Shown in pieces: positions 12,541 through 25,333 of a stretch of 64,000 bases of DNA. The notes beneath the pieces were generated by a model, which was given only the letters and a program-made list of their open reading frames with translations, did no database searches and was not told the origin of the DNA. Within the stretch, counting starts at the first letter, position 1, and every line of letters begins with the position of its first letter. Source of the DNA: Octopus vulgaris (Eukaryota); contig OX597815.1 of the NCBI GenBank assembly GCA_951406725.2, forward strand, positions 158,224,001-158,288,000. Reading direction: 5' to 3'. The position numbers and the translations under genes were made by a program.

Positions 12541-12972
12541 GGATCTTTTCGGTTTGACCGGCAGTTTTTTAAAATAACTTCCACATAACTAAACATTGCG
12601 TATACTGGTAGAATGTGTTTATAAAACATCTTTTTCTCTTGGCTTTATTGAGAAAATTCTATAGTTTGTAAAATTTTTTTTTTTTCTTCAATTTCTGCAA
12701 TTTCAACCAATCAATGACTTCTATTGAGGTGAAAACATTCTGTGCCGTATGAATATGTCCCTTGTTTAAGAAACAGATCGGGTTTATTTATATTTGTGAA
12801 GAAAAAAAGATACCCTTCCCCCACCCCTAACCCTAATCCTAACTAACCTTACCCTTAACCCTAACCCTAAAACAGATTGAAATACAATAGATCGATACTA
12901 GGGTCATAATTATGGGGGGACAATTTCATATGACACCGCTAGAAAAAACTGCCGGTCAAACCAAAAAGATCC
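12541..12972. mobile_element. MITE family M copy (subfamily variant)
   Basis: TIRs GGATCTTTTCGGTTTGACCGGCAG / CTGCCGGTCAAACCAAAAAGATCC. Longer degenerate (CCCTAA)n tract. Confidence 0.85.
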
Positions 12973-12973
12973 A

Positions 12974-13196
12974 CCCTTTTGATACCAACTTTCCTTAGAC
13001 TGGTCCTAAGTGGTATGATACAAACTTCCTCTTTCAAAGTGATTTAAAGGATGACCATCCACTGGAATTTCATGTTCATTTATGTTCTAAACAGCAGCTT
13101 AATAATGAGAAAATTGTTTTACTAACTTCTTCATAATTTTCAAAATTAACTGAAACAAAGGCAAAAAATTTCAACTGAAATATGGCATCAAAAGGG
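12974..13196. mobile_element. piggyBac-like MITE
   Basis: CCCTTTTGATACCA ... TGGCATCAAAAGGG|TTAA termini. Confidence 0.55.
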
Positions 13197-13577
13197 TTAA
13201 TAACAGAATGTCTTTTGAGGAAACTCTGTGAAGTAGTGTTGTCGAAACAATCGACAAATATAATCGACCAAAATTTCTATTGAAAATCATTATTTTCTCT
13301 CAGTTTGTTTGTGCTTCAAGAACTCCAGTATATCCATTTCACATCTATTACATCTTCAACAGAAATGTTCAAAACTGCATAGTCATACATTTCAAGGCGT
13401 ACATGATTCGATATAATTTCCCAGCATCCAATTTTCATCGATATTTATTACCTAAATGTATAGACATTCTTGGATTCTCTTGTTTTGTTAAAACAAAGAA
13501 AATTAGCTGAAAAACATAACATATTCAGTAGCAGCCGTGTGGGACAAAGTCTTGAAGTACCGTAAGCTGTCGCCCAA

Positions 13578-14160
13578 CTGGCGAGCTGGCAGAAACGTTA
13601 GCACGATGGGCGAAATGCGTAGCTGTATTTCATCTGCCGTTACGTTCTGAGTTCAAATTCCGCCGAAGTCAACTTTGCCTTTCATCCTTTCGGGGTCGAT
13701 TAAATAAGTACCAGTTACGCACTGGGGTCGATATAATTGACTTAATCCGTTTGTCCTTGTTTTACCTCTCTGTGTTTAGCCCCTTGTGCGTAGTAAAGAA
13801 ATAGGTATTTTGTCTGCTGTTACGTTCTGAGTTCAAATTCCGCCAAGGTTGACTTTGTCTTTCATCCTTTCGGGATCGATAAATTAAGTACCAGTTACGC
13901 ACTGGTGTCGATATAATCGACTTAATCTGTTTGTCTGTCCTTGTTTGTCCTCTCTGTTTTTGCCCCTTGTGGGTAGTAAAGAAATAGGTATTTTGTCCGC
14001 CTTTATGCTTTGAGTTCAAATTCCACCGAGGTCAACTTTGCCTTTCATTCTTTCGGAGTTGATTAAATAAGTACCAGTTATGCACTGGCGTTGATATAAT
14101 CGACTTAATCCGTTTTTCCATCCTTGTTTGTCTTCTCTCTGTTTAGCTCCTTGTGGATAA
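13578..14160 (+). mobile_element. tRNA-derived SINE family B, body tandemly triplicated
   Basis: Head GGCGAGCTGGCAGAAACGTTAGCAC, B-box-like GAGTTCAAATTCC, and core GACTTTGCCTTTCATCCTTTCGGGGTCGAT-AAATAAGTACC repeated three times at about 180-185 bp spacing. Confidence 0.8.
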
Positions 14161-14257
14161 TAATTATATATATATACATAACATATAGAGATAATATAGT
14201 ATAATATAAATATATACATATAAATAATTTAATATATATATATAAATAAATAATATA

Positions 14258-14296
<39 letters not shown>

Positions 14297-15960
14297 CATA
14301 TATGTACTACCTGGTGTACCCAGCAATTCCCGGGGGTAAATATGTTCTATTGAAACACCTTATTACTCTGATATAAGAAATCAATTTTGTTATAACTGCC
14401 AGAACAGAAAAGGTGTATTTTCCCTCATGAAAAAGTACAAAAAACTGTCAGCTGAAGGTGGGAGAGATTGTTGGAGGTTGGCGAGAGAGGTTTTCGGAGG
14501 TTGGTAAGAAAGATTGTTGGAGGTTGGTGAGAAAGGTTATATAAATATATGAATGAAGTGTTTGAAGAAAGTGCGATAATAATGTTCACACTCACTGATG
14601 GTCGCTCTCAGTAACTGCCTTTAGCTTATGGAGTTCTTGTTTTTATAACTATCGAAAATCAGCCAGAAGTATAGACATATTGTTGAGAACAAATGATTTC
14701 ATTTGAGGTCTGTTATCTCTGTTCCAGCCAGTGGTGGCCTAGAAGAGGTTAGAAGGGTTAAGCAGCAAAGACATTCTTCTTCTTAGTGAAGGCATCTGGG
14801 AAATGTATAACTATTGTCATTCACAGAAAAACTATTGTTTTACCATGAGGAAAAGTGCAGTTGAAGCGTTAAGTGAAATTTGGCAATTGAGGATTGAATG
14901 TATGCTATGCCTGCTTGAAGCCACTGCAAATACGTTGTGGAATAAAAAATTTATCTACTCTCATGGAAAAAGTGTAACTGTAAAAATGCAGAATTATCAG
15001 AGTAATTATGCATTTAAAAAAGTATGAATGTATAGAAATTCATGAATGAAGTCTTTAAGGTTTAAGATTCAAATTCGAAAGTATCTACTGACATTGTGGG
15101 GTAGGTGTGAGAGCCTGAAGCTTGCTGTTTTGAGCATAACATAAGATAGACTATTTGGGTGAGATATGGCTGTTTTAAATGCTAAAGAGTTAAACATTAG
15201 TTGGAAATTTTTTTACGTGATACAAAAATAGTGGAAACAGTGGACTTTCTCTGCATTGAAGTTTCATGTATATATGCATATATATATATATGTATGCATA
15301 CATACATATTGCATATATATATATATATACACACATATATAGCTTCATACATATCAAGATCAAGATCTATACCTACACACACACGCATGTACATGTATAT
15401 CTATATCTGTGCACATACATACATTCATAACTCGCAATTAATTACCCTCCACTACATGAACAAGGTAGAGAAATTTACTCTGATGAAGACCATAACTTAC
15501 AAGATACCACCAATAAAAAATGACACACTGTATACCATCTGCACTCAACAAAATACAGTATGCAGATGCAGTGCAAGTTGCAGCTGTTGAACAAAAATTG
15601 TTTTAAGCGTGTAACAAAAGCTAGTGCAGCAGCTGTCATAGTTACAAGCAAAATTGAACCAAAGCTTTGTACACCCATACATAAAAGCCTTCACAAATAA
15701 TAGACCCAGGATGGTTACCAATGCTGCCAAACAAAACATCTTGTCACTTCTTTGATTAAATATCAGAGGCAAGTTACATCTCAACAACAGAAACAAAATT
15801 TTATACCAGAGATCTTTCAGTATGCTGTCAAAAATATGTACAGCACTTATTGAAACTCATCTAGCTACAGCTGTAAATGATGTAGAGATGCACAAATCAA
15901 AATGTGCTGTATTTCATACAGATAGAAAAGAAAAGAGTCATAGTGGACGTTTGCGATATA

Positions 15961-17221
15961 TCAGGTCATCCCATAAGTTCTGTCCAAATTTTGAATAAAG
16001 GAAACAAGTGATCAAATGTTATATTTAATTGCAATTTAATCCTCAATGTACTTTCCCCGATTATCTATGATTTATTTCCCTCTATTTACATGCTTTTTAA
16101 TCCCATCAATGTAAAACTCTTTTGGTTTCAAAGCGAAGAACTCTGAAGATTTCAGTTTTGACCTCCTCCTGGCTTGCAAAAGTTATGTCCCCCAAATGAT
16201 TCTGTAAACTATGAAACAAATGGTAGTCTGAAGGACCAAGGTCAGGAGAATAAGGAGGTTGAAGAATTTTTTCCAACCAAGCTCTTCGATCTTCTGTGAT
16301 GTGATCTTTGCAGTGCAGGGTCGTGCATTGTCCTGATGAAACATCACTCCTTTTTGATTCACTAAAGCGGGTCTTTTTTTCTTCAAAGCTTGGTTCAAAC
16401 ACTCTAATTGCTGACAGTTGACTTGAGCATTGATTGTTGCATTAGGTGGTAACAATTCAAAGTGAATTACTCTTTTGCAAACCCACCAGATAGAGACAAG
16501 AACCTATTTTTTCATCTTCTCAGTTGTGGTTGAGTTTTTTCCCTTTTACCAAGCCACTGTTTACGACATTTAACATTTCAATAGCAGATCCATTTTTCGT
16601 CACTAGTCACAAGTCAATCCAAAAAGGGTGAAATAAGTTCGCAAGAATGGAGAGAAGAGCAGATGCTTTCAGACAATTCACGAGGCATTCATTTTCCAAG
16701 TTTAGGAACCTTTCCAAGTTGTTGAAGAATACAATGAACATTTGTATGGTTTGAACTAAGCTTTATTGCCAATTCTTCAACTAATAATGCTGGATTTTCT
16801 TCAAGTAATGCCTCAAGGAGCTTATCATCAAACTCAACTGGATGTCTTGTTCGATCTTCATCTTCAAGGCTGAAATCTCCACTTCTGAATTTTGCAAACC
16901 ATCTTCTGCAAGTTCTTTCATTCAAGCATTCATTCCCTTAAACTGAGTGTGTTTCAAGTTGCTTTCGCTGCAGCGTTTCCTTTTTTTTTGTACTCATAAA
17001 TCCTTATGTGCCTTAAATGCTCTTTGGATACTTCCATGTTAGAAAGGGTTTCAATCAAAGAAATTTTAATTCTATTATTCTGTGAAATAATATTTAATTA
17101 GTTTAAATGTACACAAATGCATAAAAATAATTTTTAATTCCATTAGACATTCTAAAATACTATTAAATTTCATTCAATTTTACAAAAGGTAAAATCGGAC
17201 AGAACTTATGGGATGACCTGA
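15961..17221 (-). mobile_element. Full-length but defective mariner transposon
   Basis: TA|TCAGGTCATCCCATAAGTTCTGTCC ... GGACAGAACTTATGGGATGACCTGA|TA. Frameshifted transposase pieces: RRWFAKFRSGDFSLEDEDR (HTH), VTSDEKW, HQDNARPCT, PPYSPDLGPSDYHLF. Confidence 0.92.
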
Positions 17222-17299
17222 TACATCCATGAATCCATGAAGCTTTGGTTTGTGACACACTCACAGAATATATATATCATTCACCTGACACTTCATATC

Positions 17300-18750
17300 A
17301 TGATGGTAAATCTGAAGACAGCCCTGGCATGATAAAAGAATTACTACTGAAATTAGATCAACATGTTAATGTACTTCTGATGGGTGACTTCAACTTCCCC
17401 AACATCTGATGATTCAAAGACGACATTATCTCAGGAATGTCAAGCAAGCAGAATCTCTGCATGATCTCATTAAAATGATGTTCATGTAACATATAATTCT
17501 GTCCCTGATTAAGCAACAACATTTTAGACATATGCTTTACCAATTCACAATGTGAAGGTGTTGCCATTTATCATTATGATGATGATCATCATCATCATTT
17601 AACATCCGCTTTTCATGCTGGCATGGGTTGGATGGTTTGACTGAGGACTGGCGAGCCAGATGGCTGCACCAGGCTCTAATCTGACTTGGCAGAGTTTCTA
17701 CAGCTGGATGCCCTTCCTAACGCCAACCATTCTGAGAGTGTAGTAGATACTTTTACATGCTACAGGCATGAGGGCCAGTCAGGTGGTACTGGCAATGGTC
17801 ATGCTCGAATGGTGTTTCTTATGTGCCACTTGCACAGCGGCCAGTCCAGCGACACTGGCAACAACCTTGCTTGAATGTTTTTCATGTGCCAGTAAGGTGA
17901 CGCTGGTTAATTTTCTCAAATCATAACACAATAGAATTAACAATGTACGATCCAAACTTAACCAAAAATGTATAATACATAGGAAGCACTTAAACCCTAT
18001 CCATCGACTGGAAAATAGTTCAAAAGAAATTCTAAAACAAAATTAGACCAGAAAGTTTCTCTCTAGAAGTCAATGACATGAAACTCAAAGAATTTATGTC
18101 AATAATGCGAGCCATATACATTATATTTGTCCCAGAGCAAAGAGCTAATACATACAAACACATTAATCCTCAAGACAAGAGAGTGCTTATAAGCTGAAGG
18201 AAAATGATCTCAAACCATGTAAATAAATTATGTAATGACAGCAAGAAGTCTCATCTCAAAAGAGACAGTTTTAGAAATTAAATTCAGAATCTCCCATGAA
18301 AAAGAAAGAGAAACCAGATTAGATGAAAATGGTAAAATCAAATCTTAAAGCCATCTACAAATTTGCCAAAAAAAAGAACCCAATCTATCTTGGTGTAGAA
18401 TGAGATAGGGCCACTGTTTGAAAAGAATAGTTTGCTAACTACACACTCCTAAGGATAAGTGAATTGCTAACTACACACTCCTAAGGATAAGTGGATTGCT
18501 AAATAAACAATTCCATTGTATCTTTGCTTTTCCACTGGGTGATATTCAAATAAATGAGCCTGGAGAAATCTTCAACACTGCAGATCTACACAGGGCAGCC
18601 ATTGATTATATTGGTATAAATGAAGAGGATGTAACATCACCTACAGATGAGGTGAACTTGAATTCAGCAATGTGCCCTGATGGTTTTCTAATTACTCTTA
18701 AAGGTATGCATGAAAGTTCTTGCAAAGCCACAGATACTTTGCCAGAGCCC
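17300..18750 (+). pseudogene. Decayed CR1-like LINE ORF2 (AP endonuclease through linker), interrupted by an RTE-UTR insertion
   Basis: Translated remnants VLLMGDFNFPNI, NNILDICFTN, SNHNTIEL (SDH-like) and NSAMCPDGF (SAPGPDG-like), with many stops and frameshifts. Confidence 0.65.
17572..17910 (-). mobile_element. RTE-LINE 3' UTR fragment
   Basis: Reverse complement of the 3243-3588 family: (CAT)n then CAGCTGGATGCCCTTCCTAACGCCAACC. Confidence 0.75.
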
Positions 18751-18849
18751 GTATGAATGCATGCATGTACACACACACACAAAATTAAGCATTAAACTAC
18801 TTTGTTTTCAAAATGTTTCCTTCTCCAATAAAAGATTATCATATTTTAC

Positions 18850-19210
18850 AGACTTTATTGATCTAAGAAATGTAAACAGTAAAGCTGGACTCATGAGTCA
18901 TCTTCGTAGTCATAAAACGAGACAGATGAGTGACAACCTGGCCACTGGTGGCAGTGTAACACACCATACTAATCGTATCTGTCGTGCATGTGGAAGAGAG
19001 TGTAATTCGGCAGGAGGACTTAAACGACATGCAAAGGTACATAGCCCAGTTACAACTACAGCCGGCTATTACCAGTAAAGGTTTTAGTTGCCAATTTTGT
19101 ACAAGACATTGTAGATCTTTAGCTGGGCTAAAAAGTCACATTCAATCACAGCAGCAGTAACAGATAAGCTTCGTGCAATGGCCATACTCGATAATGAGGG
19201 GGCAGCCATA
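18850..19210 (+). mobile_element. LINE 3' end (probably RTE clade) with C2H2 zinc-finger remnants
   Basis: SKAGLMSHLRSH and CRACGRECNSAGGLKRHAKVH, plus a third finger CQFCTRHCRSLAGLKSH past a stop, then GCCATACTCGATAATGAGGGGGCAGCCAT resembling an RTE 3' terminus. Confidence 0.55.
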
Positions 19211-19676
19211 AAAGTTGTCTATACACACATGAGTGTATATACAGATGTATGAGTATATACACACACACACACTGTATATATACATATATAGTGTATGAGT
19301 GTATACACACACACGTACTGTATATATATATATATATAGTCTTCTGCTATATTGTAGGTTTGAGGAAATCCTTGAGTAGATTTGGTAGACAGAAACTGAA
19401 AGAAGACCACATGTATGTGTGTGTGAGAGAGAGAGAAAGAGAGAGGGAGTGTTTTACTATTTCTTTGCTTTGACATCAGGCAATGGTTGTAAGAATGTGT
19501 AACTGTCATGCAAGAGGTATTCTTCCTTTCCAGCCTGCTGTGTAAACATCTATGGGTGTGATGAAATATTTCTTGAAAATAGGTGAGGGTTGGCGACAGA
19601 AAGGCCTTTCAGCTTTACAAAATGTGTCTCTGAGAGCATGGAAAAAGGGATCATTCATAGTCCCACTATGAATCAT

Positions 19677-19720
19677 CCTTGTGAGTGGATTTGGTAGACG
19701 GAAACTGAAAGAAGCCCATC

Positions 19721-19771
<51 letters not shown>

Positions 19772-19976
19772 TGTGTGTGTATATGTTTGTTTGTGTGTGT
19801 ACCCCCAACATTGCTTGACAATCGATGCTGGTGTGTTTACATTCCCATAACTTAGCAGTTTGGCAAAAGAGACCAATAGAATAAGTACTAGGCTTACAGA
19901 GAATAAGTCCTGGGGTCGATTTGATCGACTAAAGGCTGCGAGTCAAAATGACTGAAACAAGTAAAAGACTAAAAGA
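19677..19976 (+). mobile_element. SINE family A, 5'-truncated
   Basis: CCTTGTGAGTGGATTTGGTAGACGGAAACTGAAAGAAGCC-(TA)n spacer-...GACTGAAACAAGTAAAAG. Confidence 0.8.
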
Positions 19977-20000
19977 GTATATACACATACATACACACAC

Positions 20001-20165
<165 letters not shown>

Positions 20166-20177
20166 TATATACATATA

Positions 20178-20715
20178 AGCACCTCAAAGGGCAATCACAA
20201 AAAAGATAGATGGCATGACAGGCCTCGACTATTGGGGTCGGCTAGAAAAGCTAAAACTCTATTCTCTCCAACGTCGTCGTGAGCGCTACATCATCTGCAT
20301 GATGTGGAAAATATTCCATCAGCATTGCCCAAATGATGTTGGCATCACCTTTAAGGTACATCCAAGGCTTGGGCCCCGTGCCATCCGCCCAAAACAAAAA
20401 TCGCACTCTCATCTCATAACAACAATACGGCACAATTATTTCACCTCAATTGGCCCCGCTCTCTTTAACATTACACCAAAACACATTAAAACAGAAACTG
20501 ACCCTATAGGGTTCAAGAAGTCTTTGGACAGATTCCTTCAAGAAATCCCGGATAAACCCCCTACACCCGGATATGTCTCTGTAAACAATAACTCTCTACT
20601 TGAGTGGGCCATAGTGCCCAAATTCTGACTTGAAAGACTTCACCAGGTGGTGCTATTAAGTTAGACATGGCCTGGGCCAATAATGGCCGAAACCTATCAA
20701 AGTATCAAAGTATCA
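20178..20715 (+). mobile_element. CR1-like LINE 3' end (ORF2 C-terminus, UTR and tandem tail)
   Basis: ORF 20215-20628 [24 protein letters not shown]...FKKSLDRFL is typical of the CR1-group ORF2 end. Tail TATCAAAGTATCAAAGTATCA. Confidence 0.85.
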
Positions 20716-20776
20716 TACATATATAAATACATATATATATATATATACATACATATACATACATACATACATATAC

Positions 20777-20845
<69 letters not shown>

Positions 20846-21394
20846 CATACATATATATACATACATACATCTATATATATATACATACATATATATATAC
20901 ATACATATATAAATACATACATATATAAATACATACATATATATATACATATATATATATATACATATATACATACATATATATATATACATACATATAT
21001 ATATACATACATATATATATATACATATATATATATACATACATATATATATATACATATATATATATACATACATATATATATATACATACATATATAT
21101 ATACATACATATATATATACATACATATATATATACATACATATATATATATACATACATATATATATACATACATATATATATACATACATATATATAT
21201 ACATACATATATATATATACATATATATATACATACATATATATATACATACATATATATATATACATACATATATATATATATACATACATATATATAT
21301 ACATACATATATATATACATACATATATATATACATACATACATATATACATACATACATATATATACATACATACATATACATACATATATAT

Positions 21395-21485
<91 letters not shown>
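20715..21485. repeat. Compound (TA)n/(TACA)n microsatellite field
   Basis: Directly visible; source of spurious 170-300 aa ORFs. Confidence 0.95.
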
Positions 21486-21486
<1 letters not shown>

Positions 21487-21488
<2 letters not shown>

Positions 21489-22375
21489 CTAGGAAGACAC
21501 GGGATGGAGTGGTGAGGACTGATCTCAGGATGTTGGGCCTCATAGAGGAGATGGCAATGGACCAAGATGTCTGGCAATATGAACTTCTTGTGAAGACCCA
21601 CCCACTTCAGTGAAACTGAGTTCTAGAAGTACAGTGTGTTCCACCCACAACAAGGAAACTTTTCACACACCCTACCCCAACACACCAAATTACATCTTTT
21701 CTCTTCCTTACTTTTTCTCCTTTTTCATGCACTATGCTTCTGCTTCTTTCACTCCCCTATCCTATCCTCTCTGCCCTGCTCACTATATAATTACCATTCT
21801 GTTGTCCCCCACCTTCTCTATATACCCAGGTTTCACCAGTCACTGCATTCCCCACCCTTACACTCTTTGCATTCATGTGGAGTCTCTACTCCTTACTCAT
21901 GGTCCTACCATTTATGTTCTAAACCCACCCCTATACCTCGAGGGTATGCCCTGGCACTTCATCACCATCTCTCTCCTACTCTCCCTTGCACTCTCGTTCT
22001 CTTCCACTCTCTCTTTTTCTCTTTCTCTCTCAGTCTGACTGGGTAACTATGCATCTCCTCTACAACATAACACCTGGTTTTGTTCTCATTTTTTATCACT
22101 CTCTCTCTCTCTCTGACCAGGTAACCATGTATCTCCTCTACAGCAAGACACCTGTTTTTGTCTCTTGTCACACTATAACTTTTAATCACCTGACACAAAA
22201 TCACCTCCTACAAAGCCGCCTATCCTCTCAAAGGATCTTTGTCTTGGAAGCTACTTAGTGACTCTGCCTGTGCTGTTGGCACATAAAAAGCACCCAGTCC
22301 ACACTGTAAAGTGGTTGGCATTTGGAAGGGCATCCAGCTGTAAAAACCATGCCAAAACTGACCTCGCCTGTGCTG
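21487..22375 (+). mobile_element. RTE LINE 3' fragment (ORF end plus long pyrimidine-rich 3' UTR)
   Basis: [30 protein letters not shown] resembles the RTE C-terminus (RKTW.E.V..DL...GL....A.DR..WR). Followed by a UTR containing GGAAGGGCATCCAGCTGT. Confidence 0.7.
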
Positions 22376-22384
22376 GTGAAATTG

Positions 22385-23323
22385 AAAACCGAAGAGGATG
22401 TGGCTCCTTACTCGCAAGAAAAGGGTGTTATTCTTAAAAGAAAATTATGTACTAAAAGATACTACATGAACAAAAAGATGCTTTTACAGGAAAATTTACT
22501 GAAGGTGCTCTCGAAAAGGATGCAACAAGTGTGTGTCTGTTAGGGAAAATATATGGTTGGAAAGTAGCACCCTTCCTATTAGGACTGTAATGCTTTTTTT
22601 TTTTTTTCTCGCAGGTTAAGGAATTAACTTCAGTTCGGTTTTGAGGGGATGAACCACCTTACAGCTATTGATTACAACAACTATATTTGTGAAATAAATA
22701 TGAGCAGAGAACGTACTTCACAACCCAGTTCGTATACGCGATATCGAGGAGATTGTTGAGGTGGACAAAAGTGTTGTCAAGACGTAAATACAACCGAGCA
22801 AGGGTACTTGCTACTTAAGCAGTGGGCTTTCGGAGGAGTGTTGTGAGACCGGACTTGCTTTTTTGTCTTTGAATTTTCACCACGAAAATGTATTAATTGT
22901 TGAACTGAACTACAGTTTTTTTTTTTTCGTAATTAACGTATAGTTTTCATTTTTGTAATTTTTCGGGGAAAAAAAATCATGAGGATTTTTCGTTTTTATA
23001 TTATTTACATGCATGTCCCAACATTTCACATAGCTCCATTCATTAAAACTTATTAAATCTTCAAAACTTGTTATAAGCTTATCGTCGTAATGTTGCCTTA
23101 GATTGGCTATCACGCATAAAATGCCAGCTTCCAAATCCTGTTTTCTGATTGGAGAAGTAAAAATGATCCAACTTGAAAACTTTGTAACATTTTTCTGAAT
23201 TTTCTTTCTAGATTAAGTGAATGAAACAATCAGAAGCACCGTGAAAAATTACATCTTTGTACCAAATTTGAAAATGTTCATTTAATTTAACTTTAAAAAC
23301 TGTGACAGCTACAGAAAAGATCC
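22385..23323 (+). mobile_element. Merlin/IS1016-like transposon relic
   Basis: 22720-22840 translates with frameshifts to PVRIRDIEEIVEVDKS..RRKYNRAR...KQWAFGG, matching the ISXO2/Merlin motif IVEIDES.F..RKYNRGR...WVFGG. Right end GAAAAGATCC. Confidence 0.7.
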
Positions 23324-23682
23324 GCTTAATTTACTACGAAGAGAAAGCACTCCCGATATTTCAAAGCAGCTCCTTTTACCAAAGCAAATATTTATAATAA
23401 CATACTTTTGCACACACACACACACATACACACGTATGTGTGTTACTCGCACGCGCACAGACACCGCACGGACGCTGTTTACATTATGTATATATACGGG
23501 TTTTTGGGTGACAAGTTCGTTTACGCTTGCAATTTTATCAAACACACATGCACCTTTTTTTTTTGTATTAAGCGAACCCTTAATTTAGTGTTTAATCTTG
23601 ATACAAAATTGTTTCCTTTCTTAGTTTCAGCTTTGCACCGTGAATAAGTCGCACCCTAGTTTTTTTCAGTTGAAGTTAAGTA

Positions 23683-24831
23683 TCAGGTTGAGTAAAAAGT
23701 AAACAACGTTTTTAACCATGAAGAATTTGTATCGGACTTTTTGCAGTCTTTAATATTTTTTAAACATCTTTTTTTTGCGGTTGTCTGATAATACAGACAT
23801 AGACTTTCCCAAATGCATCAATAAATTAACATTGTTATTTCTTCGCCGTTGTTAGAATCATCTGAAATGGAACTGTCAATGCACGATATTAGAGCAATTT
23901 TGCTATTGAACTTCAAAAAAGGACGTAAAGCAGCTGAAACTGCTCGCGATATCAACGAAACGTTGGGTGAGGAAATGACCAGTGAGTGGTCAGCACGAAA
24001 ATAATTTAAGCGATTTCGCAGTGGAGACCTGAGCCTTGCAGACTGTGAGCGTGGTTGACGCCCATCTGTCATCGAAGACGGTCAATTAAAGACCGCCATT
24101 GATTAAGATCCACGTAAAACCACTCGAGAACTGGCAAAAGAACTTCATGATAGCCAGAAAACTGGCTGCAACCATTTGCATGCAATCGGAAAATCAAAAA
24201 AAAAAAAAAAAAAAAAAATCGACCAATGGGTAAGCACACGATTTGAATGAAAATCAGAAGATGCGCAGATACGAAATTTGTTCGTCGCTTCTCCGTAACC
24301 AGACCGATCCATTTCTCGACTGTATTGTAACTTGTGATGCAAAGTGAATTCTGTACAAAAAAAAAAAAAAAGGAAAAAAAAAAAGCTCTCCGCAGTGCTT
24401 GGACCAAAATGAAACACCGAAAACCTTCCCTAAACCCGAGCTCTTCAAAAAGAAGTTTACGGTGACTGTTTGGTGGTATACTGCTGGACTCATCCACTAC
24501 AACTTCTTAAAACCCGGAAAAAACACTACTGCAGAAACATATTGCCATGAAATTCAGTTCTATATTTAAGACCTTTCTCCTAATTACCACCACTTTTTCA
24601 ACCACCTTGATGGTTTCCTGCGAGGGAAGGAATCCAAAAATCAAAGGGCTAAAAGTGCGTTCTAGGAGTTCATCAGCTCCAGAACTCCTGCATAAACAAA
24701 CTTGTAACTCGTTGGCAAAAATGTGTTGATTGTAATGGTACTTAGTTTGATGAATAAAATTTCCGCATTTTTGAAATATATTGGGATGAATTTCATGTTT
24801 CAAAACGTTGCTTACTTTATACTCAGCCTGA
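23683..24831 (+). mobile_element. Internally deleted mariner (Hsmar1/cecropia-like)
   Basis: TA|TCAGGTTGAGTAAAAAGTAAACAACGTTTT ... AAAACGTTGCTTACTTTATACTCAGCCTGA|TA. ATG at 23867 gives MELSMHDIRAILLLNFKKGRKAAETARDIN; also CIVTCDAK and HFFNHLDGFL. The second catalytic D region is missing. Confidence 0.9.
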
Positions 24832-24849
24832 TAAAATAATTATTTCGAC

Positions 24850-25236
24850 TATAGGCACAAAACCTGAAATTTTGCGGGAGGGTACTAGTCGATGTCATCG
24901 TCTCCAGTGCTTGACTAGTATTCATTTTATTGATTCTGGAAGGATGAAAGGCAAAGTCAACCTCGGCGGAATCTGAACTCAGAACGTATCGGCAGACAAA
25001 ATACCTATTTCTTTACTACCCGCAAGGGGCTAAACACATAGGGGACAAACAAGGGCAGCCAAACGGATTAAGTCGATTACATCGACCCCAGTGCGTAACT
25101 GGTACTTAATTTATCGACCCCGAAAGGATGAAAGGCAAAGTCGACCTCGGTGGAATTTGAACTCAGAACGTAACGCAGACGAAATACTGCTTAGCATTTC
25201 GCCCAGCGTGCTAACGATTCTGCCAGCTCGCCGCCT
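24850..25236 (-). mobile_element. SINE family B, dimeric
   Basis: Reverse complement of the 13578 family with two GGATGAAAGGCAAAGTC cores. Confidence 0.8.
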
Positions 25237-25333
25237 TAGTTAAGTATAACACAAGACTTATACGCAAATAAAAATACATCTGGTTTGTGTGTGTGTGTGT
25301 GTGTGTGTGCGTGCGCTTGTGGGGGGAAGGGCA

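Noticed and set aside
13578-14160. Regularly spaced repeats suggestive of a CRISPR-like array
   Set aside because: Eukaryotic context; whole ~185-bp SINE units are repeated with no unique spacers.
20683-21601. Long ORFs (up to 298 aa) of Y/I/M/C/V repeats, with similar ones at 34-35 kb, 42-47 kb and 52-54 kb
   Set aside because: Translations of (TA)n, (TACA)n and (CA)n microsatellites; not genes.
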